The notes: generated by a model not told the origin, from the sequence alone. A stretch of 64,000 nt of DNA from an uncultured cyanobacterium (GCA_963740315.1 CAVUDP010000002.1:3072001-3136000); one strand, 5' to 3'. Positions 42,307 to 53,226 are shown, counted from the stretch's first letter. Translations and numbers: made by a program.

Positions 42307-43215
42307 CTACCCCCTCTCCCTCAGTTTCTCTTCACTTCGGGTAGAAACGACATCTGGTAAGGGGCGTTTTCTAAAGTAAAGCCACCATAAACCAGTTAAT
42401 CCTATAGCTATTTCTACTAAACTTACTATTTGAGCGATTCTCAACGGACCTAACATTAAGCTATCTAAACGCAACCCTTCAATCCAAAAGCGTCCTAAGC
42501 TGTAACACACTAGATAAACCAAGAATATCGTACCTGTTTTTAAGGAAAGTTTTCCCTGCAAGGCTCGAAAGAATAATGTCATCAGTAAGGCGAATACCAT
42601 GACATTCCATAAGGATTCGTAAAGGAATGTCGGATGGAAGAAACTTTCATCTATGTATTGCGGCGGGCGGGGGTAAATTTTTGAGCCATTAGCAAGCGTA
42701 ATTTCACTGGGGATATAAAGTTTCCAAGGTAAATTCGTCGGCTTTCCGAAGGCTTCTGAGTTGAAGAAATTTCCCCAGCGTCCAATTGCCTGCCCTAAAA
42801 TCAGCGAAGGAGCAACTAAGTCTGCTAACTGCCAAAATGAGACTTTTTTGACTTTAGCAAAGATTAAAGCAGCTATCAGCCCGCCGATAATTGCTCCATG
42901 AATAGCAATACCACCCTTCCAAATAGCGAAAATATCCCACGGGCGTTGAGCGTATTCTCGCCATTGAAATAAAACGTAATATAACCGTGCCGCTGGAATT
43001 GCGCCAATTACCAGCCAAATAGATAAATCGCTTAATAAATCGGGATTGACGTTACGACGCTTAGCCAAATATTGAGAAAGGGTAACGCCAATCAATACAG
43101 CCGAGGCAATCAACAAGCCATACCAGCGGATAGTTATCGGACCTAATTTTACTAAAATTGGACCCGGAGAAGTGAACACAAACGCCAAAGGCAAGTAGGA
43201 AATATCCAGTGCCAT
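42307..43215 (-). CDS. lgt: Prolipoprotein diacylglyceryl transferase
   Basis: [33 protein letters not shown]. Confidence 0.96.
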   Translation of the reverse strand: MALDISYLPLAFVFTSPGPILVKLGPITIRWYGLLIASAVLIGVTLSQYLAKRRNVNPDLLSDLSIWLVIGAIPAARLYYVLFQWREYAQRPWDIFAIWKGGIAIHGAIIGGLIAALIFAKVKKVSFWQLADLVAPSLILGQAIGRWGNFFNSEAFGKPTNLPWKLYIPSEITLANGSKIYPRPPQYIDESFFHPTFLYESLWNVMVFALLMTLFFRALQGKLSLKTGTIFLVYLVCYSLGRFWIEGLRLDSLMLGPLRIAQIVSLVEIAIGLTGLWWLYFRKRPLPDVVSTRSEEKLRERG

Positions 43216-43667
43216 ACGAAATACCTACAATAATGCTGCACTCATACTGTGACATACTCCCATATTTCTGCAAGCAGGATGGGGAGAGGGGGGAGTATGG
43301 GGAGATGGGGGATGGGGGGATGGGGGAGATGGGGAGACAAGGAGAAATTAGTTCTTAACTCGCTACTTGCTACTCACTACTCACTACTTACTACTCCGAA
43401 CTCAATACTCCTAACTCAATACTCCTAACTCTTAACTGCCAATTGTTAGCTAGTTACTATTTGTTGAGAATTGTAGTCTGGTATTATGAGAATTTAAAAT
43501 CTTAGTGGTATAAAAATAGTACAATATTGACGCGATATTTCTGGGATTTTGTCAGCAGGTTAATCGCAAAATTAAGCCCGATCGCTAAAAATGTTGGGAT
43601 TAGGTTTGCTGATACCAAGGGTGCAATGTAGAAGTTAAATTAGACACACAACCTTTGGCTGATTGTT

Positions 43668-44291
43668 ATGCAAAAGCGTTTAACACAAAAACAAGTTTCT
43701 CAAATTGTTGCAGAAGTTGAGCGTTTGTCTCAACGACAACAATCGGAAATTGAGCTGGAAGAGTTAGAGCAGATTTTACAGGAGTTGAATTTACCTGAAG
43801 ATTTGCTGGATGAAGCTGTAATGCAGGTTTATCGCAAGCAAGCTTTGGATAAGCAGAAAAAACGCAATCGTTGGATAATTGGGGGCGTGGTGGCGGTGGC
43901 GTTAAGTGCAGTTGCAGCTACGTTTTTTGTGCAACAACAGCAGCAACAAGAACTTGCACGTATTAATGTTTATGATAGCCGAGTTGGTTTCAGGCGTAAT
44001 GATTCTGTAAGTGTAGAAGAAATCGATCGTCAAAAGACTCCGGAAATATTTTACAATGTTACTCTTCAAGATGCTCCGGTAGGAAAACAGATAGAATTAG
44101 GGTGTAATTGGGTCGATCCTAGCCGTCAAATTGCCTATCAAAACAGTTGGAAAACTAAAAGGATCGCAAAAGAAGTTTGGAATACTCATTGTAAGTATAA
44201 ATTTAACGATAATGTTCCTGTTGGTAATTGGCTTGTACAAATGACTTTGGATGATGAAGTTATTACTAGTAACAAGTTTGTTGTTAAATAA
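43668..44291 (+). CDS. Single-pass membrane protein with C-terminal beta-sandwich (DUF3859-like)
   Basis: Helical N-terminus, one TM, W.DP and G.W.V motifs. Confidence 0.6.
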   Translation: MQKRLTQKQVSQIVAEVERLSQRQQSEIELEELEQILQELNLPEDLLDEAVMQVYRKQALDKQKKRNRWIIGGVVAVALSAVAATFFVQQQQQQELARINVYDSRVGFRRNDSVSVEEIDRQKTPEIFYNVTLQDAPVGKQIELGCNWVDPSRQIAYQNSWKTKRIAKEVWNTHCKYKFNDNVPVGNWLVQMTLDDEVITSNKFVVK

Positions 44292-44406
44292 AATTGGGGA
44301 TTGGGCATAGGCGATCGAGCAAATATTTTTAGTTTGAAGTAAGGGCTTTAGCCCTCTAAAATATTAATCGTTGATAATTGGTAAATGATAATTAGTTAAT
44401 TAAGAA

Positions 44407-46069
44407 TTGAAAGAGATTTTAGGTTATTGGGGTTGCGGTAATTTATCTGAATCAGAAATTTTGAGTCAGGTGTTTAGTCAAGCATCTGTTAATAAAGGGT
44501 TGCAGCAAATAAGCTATCAAAATAACGATTGTGTTGGCACTATAGTCAGATGGAATTTTACAAATAATCCTTCTACAGACGGCGAAGGTATTGTTAATAA
44601 AAAAGATTTTTGTCAGGTTTCGCTTTCTGCTGCTGGAATTCCAGAGTTAGCAGATGCCGCAATTAAGTTTGAAAATAAGCGTTTAATTTTAAGTCGAGAT
44701 TGTTTTGGGCGCGTACCTTTATATTGGTTTCGGCAACAACAGATAATTTGGTTTGCTTCGCGTTTGCAGTTGTTATTACCTGTTTTAGATTCTCTACAAG
44801 TTAGTATTTCAGGTTTTTACGGCTATAACTGTTTTTCTTACGTACCTACTCCTTTAACTCCTGTGGAAAATATTTCTACAGTACCCGCAGGATGTGAAAT
44901 CGTTTGGGAAATCGATGGAGATATTAAAATTCAAAATTCATATCAATGGCAAGAAGCTGAAAATTTAATTCGAGATGAAAAAACGGCGATATTGCAATTA
45001 CAAGGTTTATTAAAAGATGCAATTCAGCGTCAACTTAGTAATTTAACTGATTCGGAAGTAGGAGTATTTCTTTCTGGGGGATTAGATTCTTCAATTGTTG
45101 CAGCTTTGTTGGTGCAAGCTGGGGTAAAAGTCAAAGCCTACGCTTTGGATTTCGGCGAATATGGAATTTCCGAATTACCTTTTGCTGAAGCTGTCGCCGC
45201 ACATTTACAGATTCCTTTAGTAAAAGTTGACGCAACACCAAACCGTATTAAGTCAGCAATTACGGCTACCGTCAAAGCCTTAGATTTACCTTTTGGTGAT
45301 GGTGTAACGGTACCTATATATTTACTGTGCGAAGCTGCATCAAAAGAAACTTCAGTAATTTTTAACGGTGAAGGGGGAGATCAGTTATTTGCTGGATGGA
45401 CTAATAAACCTTTGATTGCTGCTGGTATTTATAATTCTGAAGATTTTAATAGACAGTATTTAAAGACTTTTCATCGAATTTACGGTTATGAAGCGGAATG
45501 TTTTCAACCAGAATTAATTAGTCAAATAAAAAACATTAATCCAGAAAATTGGATTGGAGAAGCATTAAAACCAGAATTTACCAATAATATTTTAGCGAGA
45601 TTGCGGCGTGCTAGCTTGATGCTTAAAGGCGCACAAAATATTCATCCAAGGGCTACGAATTTAGGAAAAGCGTTTGATTTGAAAGTGCGTTAAGCGAAGC
45701 TCACCGAAGGTATCGCCATTTTGCGATTTAGCATTAGCCGAATGGAGTTTTGCACTTTCAGGAGAACTTTGTTTGCAGGGTAATACTGAAAAATACATCC
45801 TCAAACGTGCGGTTGAATCGTGGCTACCATCGGAAATTGTTTGGCGAGAAAAACGCGGTATGGGAGTACCTTTAAATAGTTGGTGCTTGGGTGAGTTGTG
45901 GAGTGAAGTTAGTAAAAGATTAAATACAGGTATTTTGAAATTTGAAAGGCGTTATCAAAAAGATATTATTCGGAAAGTTTTAGCGGGTGAAATCGGCGGG
46001 CAAATTCGTCAGCGTCGCATCGGTGAAGTTTTATGGTTGCTATTGATGTGGGAGATGTGGCGAGTTTAA
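44407..46069 (+). pseudogene. Asparagine synthetase-like gene split by a 22-nt insertion
   Basis: RD.FGRVPLY, LSGGLDSS, GEGGDQLF in ORF 44407-45693; EKYILK, REKRG in ORF 45773-46069; frames join when 45690-45711 is removed. Confidence 0.88.
45690..45711. mobile_element. 22-nt micro-element inserted in a HIP1 site (SDR5-like)
   Basis: GCG|ttaagcgaagctcaccgaaggt|ATCGC. Confidence 0.8.
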
Positions 46070-46362
46070 GTTTTGGGGAAGAAAGCAGAGGGGAGATGTT
46101 TTGATTATCGGTTATTGGGGTTGAGGGTTTTGCAGAAGTTTGGGAAATAATGGGAGGTTTGTAGGTAATTCTTGTAGGGTGTGTTACTGCACGAAATTTT
46201 TTGATAAATCAAGAATATGTAGTTGAAGCCGTAACGCACCATCCGAGATTAGGAAATTCTAAAATATTGCACCTCATAAGCGAAGTTATTCCTTATTTTT
46301 AACACTGCTAATTAAGCAATGTGAAATAATTAGTTAATATTATATCCACCAAGGTAATTAAT

Positions 46363-46569
46363 ATGAACGCTCACAAAATCGAAACAGTTCTAAACGAAGA
46401 TGGAACTTTAACATTACGAGGATTACCTTTTCATGCTGGGGATGCCGTAGAGGTAATCATTCTTAAAACATCTATAAAAAAACAACGATCGGCATCGGAA
46501 TCTCAAGTAAAAAACAATGCTTATCCCTTAGAAGGTAAAGTAATACATTATGATAACCCAACTAATTAA
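46363..46569 (+). CDS. Small AbrB/DUF104-like (antitoxin-like) protein, probably C-terminally truncated
   Basis: EDGTLTL.GLPF.AGD.VEVII pattern; ends at YDNPTN. Confidence 0.55.
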   Translation: MNAHKIETVLNEDGTLTLRGLPFHAGDAVEVIILKTSIKKQRSASESQVKNNAYPLEGKVIHYDNPTN

Positions 46570-46627
46570 ATTGAAAAATAGTTTAAGTTAAGATGAGCTT
46601 TAATTTTCATTTTAAATAGTTCTTAAA

Positions 46628-47395
46628 CTAACCAAACCTAAAACCTTCCGACTCTAGTCGAGTAATGTTTACATCTTCTAAAATCGCTACCAAGGCTGAA
46701 CCATTTGGAACGTCAAAAGCCAAGCCACTACCGCTTACAGAAATAGGATCTAAACCGAAGCTTAAATCAACACTAGGATCTTCTATATATAAAATAGCGG
46801 TTCCGTCGAAGCCATAATTTACAGTGTCATAATCGAACCTAGTTCCTGGCAATCTGATGACATCTCCTTCGGATGGATTGAAATCTGTAATTTGTGCATA
46901 CTTCTGTCCCCTCTCAAAAGCTTTGTCTGGATTTCTAGTAGATGGAGCTATTAAGAAAGCGTCTTTCCCTGCTCCTCCAGTTAAAACTTCAGGATCGTTG
47001 AAAGATGGTGATATATCTCCTCCTGTTTGTTCGGAAAGTCTATCTTGCAACTTTGCAATTAAACTCTTCCGTTCTCCTAAGCCATATATAATATCATCCC
47101 CATCGCCACCTTCTAATAAGTTAGAGCCTTTTCCACCGCGAAGAATATCATCACCTGAATTTCCATAGATAAAATCTCGATCGTCACCACCTTTGATTAT
47201 GTCATCGCCATTACCACCAAATAATGTGTCTACTCCTGCACCGCCAAAAATATTATCTACTGCGTCACCACCTTCTATGATGTCATCACCATCGTAGCCA
47301 GCTAGAATATCGTTGCCTCCTCCACCTTTTAAATTGTCATTTTCAGAAGTACCTTGCAAAAGGTTACGTTGATTAGTGCCTACTTTTGTTGCCAT
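46628..47395 (-). CDS. RTX-type calcium-binding repeat protein
   Basis: Repeated GGxGxDxL/I nonamers; ITDF..GD.I motif. Confidence 0.88.
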   Translation of the reverse strand: MATKVGTNQRNLLQGTSENDNLKGGGGNDILAGYDGDDIIEGGDAVDNIFGGAGVDTLFGGNGDDIIKGGDDRDFIYGNSGDDILRGGKGSNLLEGGDGDDIIYGLGERKSLIAKLQDRLSEQTGGDISPSFNDPEVLTGGAGKDAFLIAPSTRNPDKAFERGQKYAQITDFNPSEGDVIRLPGTRFDYDTVNYGFDGTAILYIEDPSVDLSFGLDPISVSGSGLAFDVPNGSALVAILEDVNITRLESEGFRFG

Positions 47396-47979
47396 TTTAC
47401 AAATCCAATAATTCAAGCTAATTTAGGCAACATTCTAAAATTTTATTTAATAATCCGTGAATCAATCTTTAGATATAAAAGAGTTATTTTTAAACTTAGT
47501 ACTAAAGTACCTAATTCGTCGTAAAAAAAACCTTGTATTGAAGCAGGGATAAGGATTTAATTATATTTGACCACAAATTTATTAGAAAAGGTATTCATAA
47601 TACGTGCAGATTTTATACCTGTAATAAGTATAGATTTTCATTTTTTATATAGAAAAATTAAATTGTTTATGAGAATTGAAGGGTATTTAATTATGTTGAT
47701 AATTTTCTAGGTCTTTGGACTAATTAAATACATCTATTTTTGATAGAAGATAAGCAGCAATTTATACTTGTTTTCAACTAAAGATTAAAACTCTTGTGGT
47801 GCGGGCATCCCGGAGCGCCTTCAAACATTATGGTGCGTTACGGCTATTTAACTTCTAACCTATAACCATATCCCTTCACACCTAACGCACCCTACAAATT
47901 AATTAATACAAGTAAATTATACCGTATTAGGATAAAATTCCCTCGTGAATAACTGATTTTATTCCGAGGTAAAAATTAA

Positions 47980-49434
47980 ATGCCTTATGCCCAATGCCCC
48001 ATTCCCGATCGCATAGCAACAGAAATCCTTTCAATTTACGATTCCCCTTTATACGTTTATCAAGGCGATATCTTAAGTCAAACAATCGATCGCATTACTA
48101 AATCAATTCCCTATCCTCACACAAAATTCTACTTTGCTAGCGTTACCAAAGGCAATATTTCGTTGCTGCAAATCTTCAAAAATTGCGGTTGGGGAATTCA
48201 TGCAAATACACCAGGTGATGTTTTTTTAGCGTTAAAAGCTGGCTTTTCTCCTGAAAATATTGTTTACAGCGGTAGCAATCTGAGTAACGAGGAAATGGCA
48301 AGTTTATTAAATTGGGGAATTACAACTTTTAATTTAGATAGCGTTGCTCAATTGCGGGTATTTTGCGATGTTTATCAATCTCGAAATAATCAAAATATTT
48401 GTAGTGCGTTAACGTTCACGCGGAGCGTGCGGCTCAGTGTGTCCGCCAGGACATGCATCTTGCTCGCTAGAGAAGACAATCTCCCTAAAGAAGACAATCT
48501 CGTAAAAGAAGATAATCTCCCTAAAAAAGACAATCAAAATAATAATATTTGTAGTGCGTTAACGTTCACGCGGAGCGTGCGGCTCAGTGTGTCCGCCAGG
48601 ACATACATCTTGCTCGCTAGAGAAGACAATCTCCCTAAAGAAGACAATCTCGTAAAAGAAGATAATCTCCCTAAAAAAGACAATCAAAATAATAATATTT
48701 GTAGTGCGTTAACGCACTACAAACAAAAAAATCAAAACCGCCAGGAAAAAATAAAATTAGGATTGCGTTTAAATTTAGCGGAAATCACCGGCGAGAGTCG
48801 CATAGGTGTACGCCCAAATGAGTTTTTATAAGCTGTAGAAGTTGCAAGCAAAGTAAATTTTAAAATTAGCGGTTTACATTTTTATAGAGGTACGGGAACT
48901 AATGCGACTAAGGCTTTTACACAAGTAATTCATCAAGTTATAGAAGCCGCAAAATTATTACCGGATTGGCAATATTTAGATTTTGGTGGCGGTTTTGGAT
49001 ATCCCTATCATCATGATGGAGTTGCTTTTGATTGGGAAAGTTTTGGTAACGAAATTACCGCTATTTTATTAAATCTAGATCGAAAAATTGATTTAATTAT
49101 CGAACCAGGAAGGGCTGCGATCGCAAGTTGTTTCTATAAAATGGCAGCAAGATAAACAAATTATCGGCGTTAATACCACTGTTGCTAATTTATCGGTGCT
49201 ATCGGTACATGGAGGCTATCGCGAAATTGTTAGTTGGAAATCGGGAAATTTATATCAAACAGATGTGTGTGGCAATACTACTTATTCTCGCGATTATCTA
49301 GGAAGAAACTGTCAGCTTCCGAAGTTAGAAATAGGAGATGTCATCGCTATTTTAGATGTCGGTGCTTACGGCTATGCCATGTCTTCTCATTTTTTAGATC
49401 GCCCCCGCCCTGCTGAGGTTTTATTAGACGATCG
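47980..49434 (+). pseudogene. Diaminopimelate decarboxylase (LysA)-like pseudogene
   Basis: SPLYVY, FNLDS, GLRLN, then after in-frame TAA 48829-48831 GLHFYRG, LDFGGGF, IIEPGR; frameshift near 49125; DVGAYG..MS, RPAEV. Confidence 0.88.
48394..48720 (+). repeat. 150-bp in-frame tandem duplication ending in a perfect 20-bp palindrome
   Basis: gtagtgcgttaacg at 48401, 48551, 48701; gtagtgcgttaacgcactac at 48701-48720. Confidence 0.92.
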
Positions 49435-50459
49435 TGACTGTAATTTTTACTGCTGGTATTTCATTGGTTGTAGGATTAACCATGATACTGATTAATACTT
49501 ATTTACAAACTAAATCTTCAGAAAATAAACTTTCAATTCGTAAAGGTAACGCCAAGTTTCTTCAAATTAGCGGTATTGTAATCTTGATAGTAGGAATTTT
49601 AGTTTCACTTCCAGCTAATTCATTTCCTTTATTTATAACCAGCGTTATTTCAGGAATGCTGTCAATTTATTTTGGAACTTTACAAAAAAGACATTTAATA
49701 GATGCGCCTGAAACTGTCGCAATTAATCAAGATTTATTTCAAAATTGGGTAAATCGCTGGCAGCAAATTAACGGTGCGATCGCAAATCTATTACCTTTAC
49801 CGCGTCAACAAATTACACCAGCTAACATCAATCCCGATATCACTGCATACAGTTTCGATCGAGTAGTTGTTTGCGATCGCGCTGAAATTGCACAATTATT
49901 AATAGCTAATAATTTCCACTTTGAAAATAACTGTGCCGTCTTGAGTATTACAGGATATCCAGAAAATATTTTTAGCACTGTTATGGAAATGTTAAGATGT
50001 AATCCCGATTTAAAAGTCTATGCTTTACATGATGCTTCTCCACGCGGTTTAAATTTAATAAATCATCTCCGCACCAGCCCTAATTGGTTTTTAAATACCG
50101 ATGCTACTATTTACGATTTAGGATTGTTACCGCGTCAGTTTATCAAAAAGTCACAAGCATTTATCCAAGCTTCGGAACAATCTGCGACAGATGCAAGAAA
50201 TCTATCAATCGATGTCAAACGAGATTTAACCGAAGCAGAAATTGCATGGTTAGAGTCAGGTAAATTTATAGAATTAGAATCTTACACACCGAAAAAATTA
50301 CTAAGAGTTGTAACTCAAGGTATTACTAAAAGTCGTCAACCGGATATTCTTCAACCGGATAATGGTGGCACTACTTTTATTGGTGGTTATGACGATTATG
50401 ATAACGACAGCGATCGCAGTAGTAGTATTACAATGTTTACCGTTGATACTTTCGGATAA
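49434..50459 (+). CDS. Hypothetical membrane protein, probably 5'-truncated
   Basis: Begins within hydrophobic helices at a GTG overlapping the lysA-like remnant; YSFDRVVVCD, NNFHFENNCA, LHDASPRG motifs. Confidence 0.6.
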   Translation: MTVIFTAGISLVVGLTMILINTYLQTKSSENKLSIRKGNAKFLQISGIVILIVGILVSLPANSFPLFITSVISGMLSIYFGTLQKRHLIDAPETVAINQDLFQNWVNRWQQINGAIANLLPLPRQQITPANINPDITAYSFDRVVVCDRAEIAQLLIANNFHFENNCAVLSITGYPENIFSTVMEMLRCNPDLKVYALHDASPRGLNLINHLRTSPNWFLNTDATIYDLGLLPRQFIKKSQAFIQASEQSATDARNLSIDVKRDLTEAEIAWLESGKFIELESYTPKKLLRVVTQGITKSRQPDILQPDNGGTTFIGGYDDYDNDSDRSSSITMFTVDTFG

Positions 50460-50474
50460 TCAATTCCCTATTCC

Positions 50475-50674
50475 CTCGTTACAAGGCTCTGCCTTGTAAT
50501 GCATTTCACGGAGGCTCTGCCTCCAGTAAAATCAAGAGGCAGAGCCTCTAAGATATGCGTTTCCAGGCAGAGCCTAGAAACGAGTTACTAAGATAAAATA
50601 ATCAAACCCGCGCAGGCGGGTTTTGCTTGTGTAGCCGTGTTCACCGCTAGGTGCGGCACATTCAATCGCCAGGT
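50475..50674. repeat. REP-like elements (ggctctgcc/ggcagagcc family; aaacccgcgcaggcgggttt family)
   Basis: Inverted palindromic arms visible directly. Confidence 0.8.
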
Positions 50675-50754
50675 ATTTCTAATAATCCCCCCATCCCCCC
50701 ATCTCCCCCTCTTCCCATCCCCCCCTCTCCCCCTCTCCCCATCTCCCCCTCTCC

Positions 50755-51797
50755 TCACCTCTTCTGCACCTGCAACCAAATTTCCAAACTCACCAACAAC
50801 CACAATTTCACCCCATATCGCCGCCAAGCATCACCGCGATAATTCGACATTGTTAGCGGTAGCTTATCCCACATATCATCAGGGGTAATTTATAGGATAT
50901 GATGCTGAGTTTTGCAGTGTTGCGCCACTAAGCCCGAAAACTCCAATTCATTCGGACAATTCTCGCCAAAATGAATCGAGTAGGTATGTACGGGATAGTT
51001 ATGATTTGCAGCCAGCGCAGTTATACAGCTTGAATCCAAACCTCCAGATAGATAAATCCCCACGGGTTCATCCACGGGTAAATATTCCCGCACAACTTCA
51101 TCTAAAAGCTGCCGTAACTGCTTTCCGTGCCAAATTAAGCTTTCTTCTGCATTCTGAATATTTTCTCGTGCTTCCCAAAACAGTTTTTTGTTAATATTTA
51201 TTTTTTCTCCAGATGATTCCATTTGTAAAACCATCCCTACAGATAATTCATCCACGTTTTCCCCGCACCGTTTGCTCTCCAGGTACGTGCATCACAGCAA
51301 AGATAATCTCGCAAAGCGACTAAATTTAACTGTTGGGAATGAAAGGGTAAAAGCGTCGCTAAACGAGGCGCAATAACGCAAATTTTCCCGGAATTATTGT
51401 AATAAAGAGTACGGCTTCCAACGCCATCTCGGACTAAATATAGCTGCTTTTCTTGGTTATCCCAAACACATATCGAGAACATTCCTTCTAACAATTTGAG
51501 ACATTCTTAACCTTTAATTTCCCAAAGATGCGCTACTATTTCAATATCCGTATATTTTTTATTTAAATGTAATAATTGCCGCAAATGAGAGTGGTTGCTT
51601 AGCCAGATATCTCCAATTACAATAAAACGACTATTATGACTTTTTACAGCTTGGGTTTTGACTACAAAAAACTCTTTACAGCAGTAAGTAACATCATAAT
51701 TGCTGGCATCTATCTGTCCCAAAACTACATACCAATCCGGTACAACGTTGATATCGGGGATTTGTCTTTTATTCCATAAAGTGGTTAATTTCACCAA
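50755..51797 (-). pseudogene. Second asparagine synthetase-like gene, fragmented
   Basis: Fragments GDIWLSN, LEGMFS..WD, RDGVGSRTLYY, LSGGLDSS; in-frame stop, frameshifts, and C-terminal YGVKLWLLVSLEIW joined directly after ITPDDMWDKLPLTM. Confidence 0.85.
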
Positions 51798-52081
51798 GAT
51801 TTAAAACTATTGATTCAGAATTGAAAATCAAAATACCGATGAGTTGCCCTTGATAAATAGATAAGTTTAATCCAAAATCCAAACCAAACGCATCCGTTGT
51901 TAAAATCCAAAATTGGTTGACATTGGCTATAGATGGAAATAGTATATTTTGATGCGAATTCAGGGATAATAGATAAATATATTACATTTTAAATTTTACA
52001 ATTTAATTGGTAATTTTAAATACATTGTTTTGCAGAAAAATACTTCAATATAATTACTGAACCTTGAAATAACTAAGTGTG

Positions 52082-52642
52082 ATGATTGCGATTTATCCAG
52101 GAAGTTTTGACCCTGTTACTAAGGGGCATCTTGATATTATTGAACGTGCCAGTCGGCTATTTTCACAAGTGATTGTTGCCGTATTGCGTAATCCCAACAA
52201 AACTCCATTGTTCAGCGTGCAACAACGTTTAGAACAAATACGTCAATCTACCACACATTTAGATAATGTAGAAATAGATGCCTTTGAAGGTTTAACAGTC
52301 GAATACGCCCGAATGCACAAAGCGCAAGTTTTATTAAGGGGTTTACGGGCGATTTCAGACTTTGAAGTTGAACTGCAAATGGCACACACCAATAAAACTC
52401 TTTCCACCGAAATAGAAACTGTTTTTTTTGCAACGTCGAATGAGTATAGTTTTTTAAGTAGTAGTGTGGTAAAAGAGATTGCAAGGTTTGGTGGTTCTAT
52501 TAATCATCTCGTTCCCCCTCACGTTGCTTTGGACACATACAAATGCTTCACCCACAACCAAACGGTATCGAACCCAATCAAAACGGACAAAACGGAAGTC
52601 ATCCCCCCTCTCAACCGTTTCCCCAACAGTCGGGAAGCGTAG
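52082..52642 (+). CDS. coaD: Phosphopantetheine adenylyltransferase
   Basis: [37 protein letters not shown]. Confidence 0.96.
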   Translation: MIAIYPGSFDPVTKGHLDIIERASRLFSQVIVAVLRNPNKTPLFSVQQRLEQIRQSTTHLDNVEIDAFEGLTVEYARMHKAQVLLRGLRAISDFEVELQMAHTNKTLSTEIETVFFATSNEYSFLSSSVVKEIARFGGSINHLVPPHVALDTYKCFTHNQTVSNPIKTDKTEVIPPLNRFPNSREA

Positions 52643-53226
52643 ATATTCAGCAGGAACTCAACCGTTTAGAAGAAATAATTCTCACCAGTTTTCGCATCCC
52701 TTTGACGCGAAAGACTTTGGTAGATGAAGAAAAGTTACTCGAACAGCTTGATTTTATCCGCTTATCTCTACCCGAAGCTTTCCAAGAAGCGATCGTAACC
52801 ATTCAGCAAAAAGAAGAAATTCTTCTAGAAGCCGAAGCTTACGGACAGCAAATGGTAGAAGCAGCACAAGCCAAAAGGGCGCAAGTGTTGAACGAAAGCG
52901 ATATCATCAGGCAAGCCGAGCAACAAACCGAACAATTGCGCCGACAAGTGCAGCAAGAATGCGAGCAGATGATGCAAGAAACTGTTGATGAAATCGAGCG
53001 CAAACGGCGTGTTTGTCAGCAAGAAATTGAAGAAATGCGCCGTTTAGCGATGGAAGAAGCCGAACAAATCGCGAGCGGTGCAGATCAATATGCCGATAAT
53101 GTTTTAGAACATATGGAGCATGAACTTAACGAATCGTTAAAGATTATTCGCAACGGTAGACAGCAGCTTTATGCCGAACCCCAGCCACCGCAAAGAGGTT
53201 ATCCTGTTAAAGTCAAAAAGAAGTAG
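52543..53226 (+). CDS. DivIVA-like coiled-coil protein (Cdv3-like)
   Basis: Glu/Gln-rich coiled-coil; LEEII...RIPLT..TLVDEE; usual position after coaD. Confidence 0.75.
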   Translation: MLHPQPNGIEPNQNGQNGSHPPSQPFPQQSGSVDIQQELNRLEEIILTSFRIPLTRKTLVDEEKLLEQLDFIRLSLPEAFQEAIVTIQQKEEILLEAEAYGQQMVEAAQAKRAQVLNESDIIRQAEQQTEQLRRQVQQECEQMMQETVDEIERKRRVCQQEIEEMRRLAMEEAEQIASGADQYADNVLEHMEHELNESLKIIRNGRQQLYAEPQPPQRGYPVKVKKK

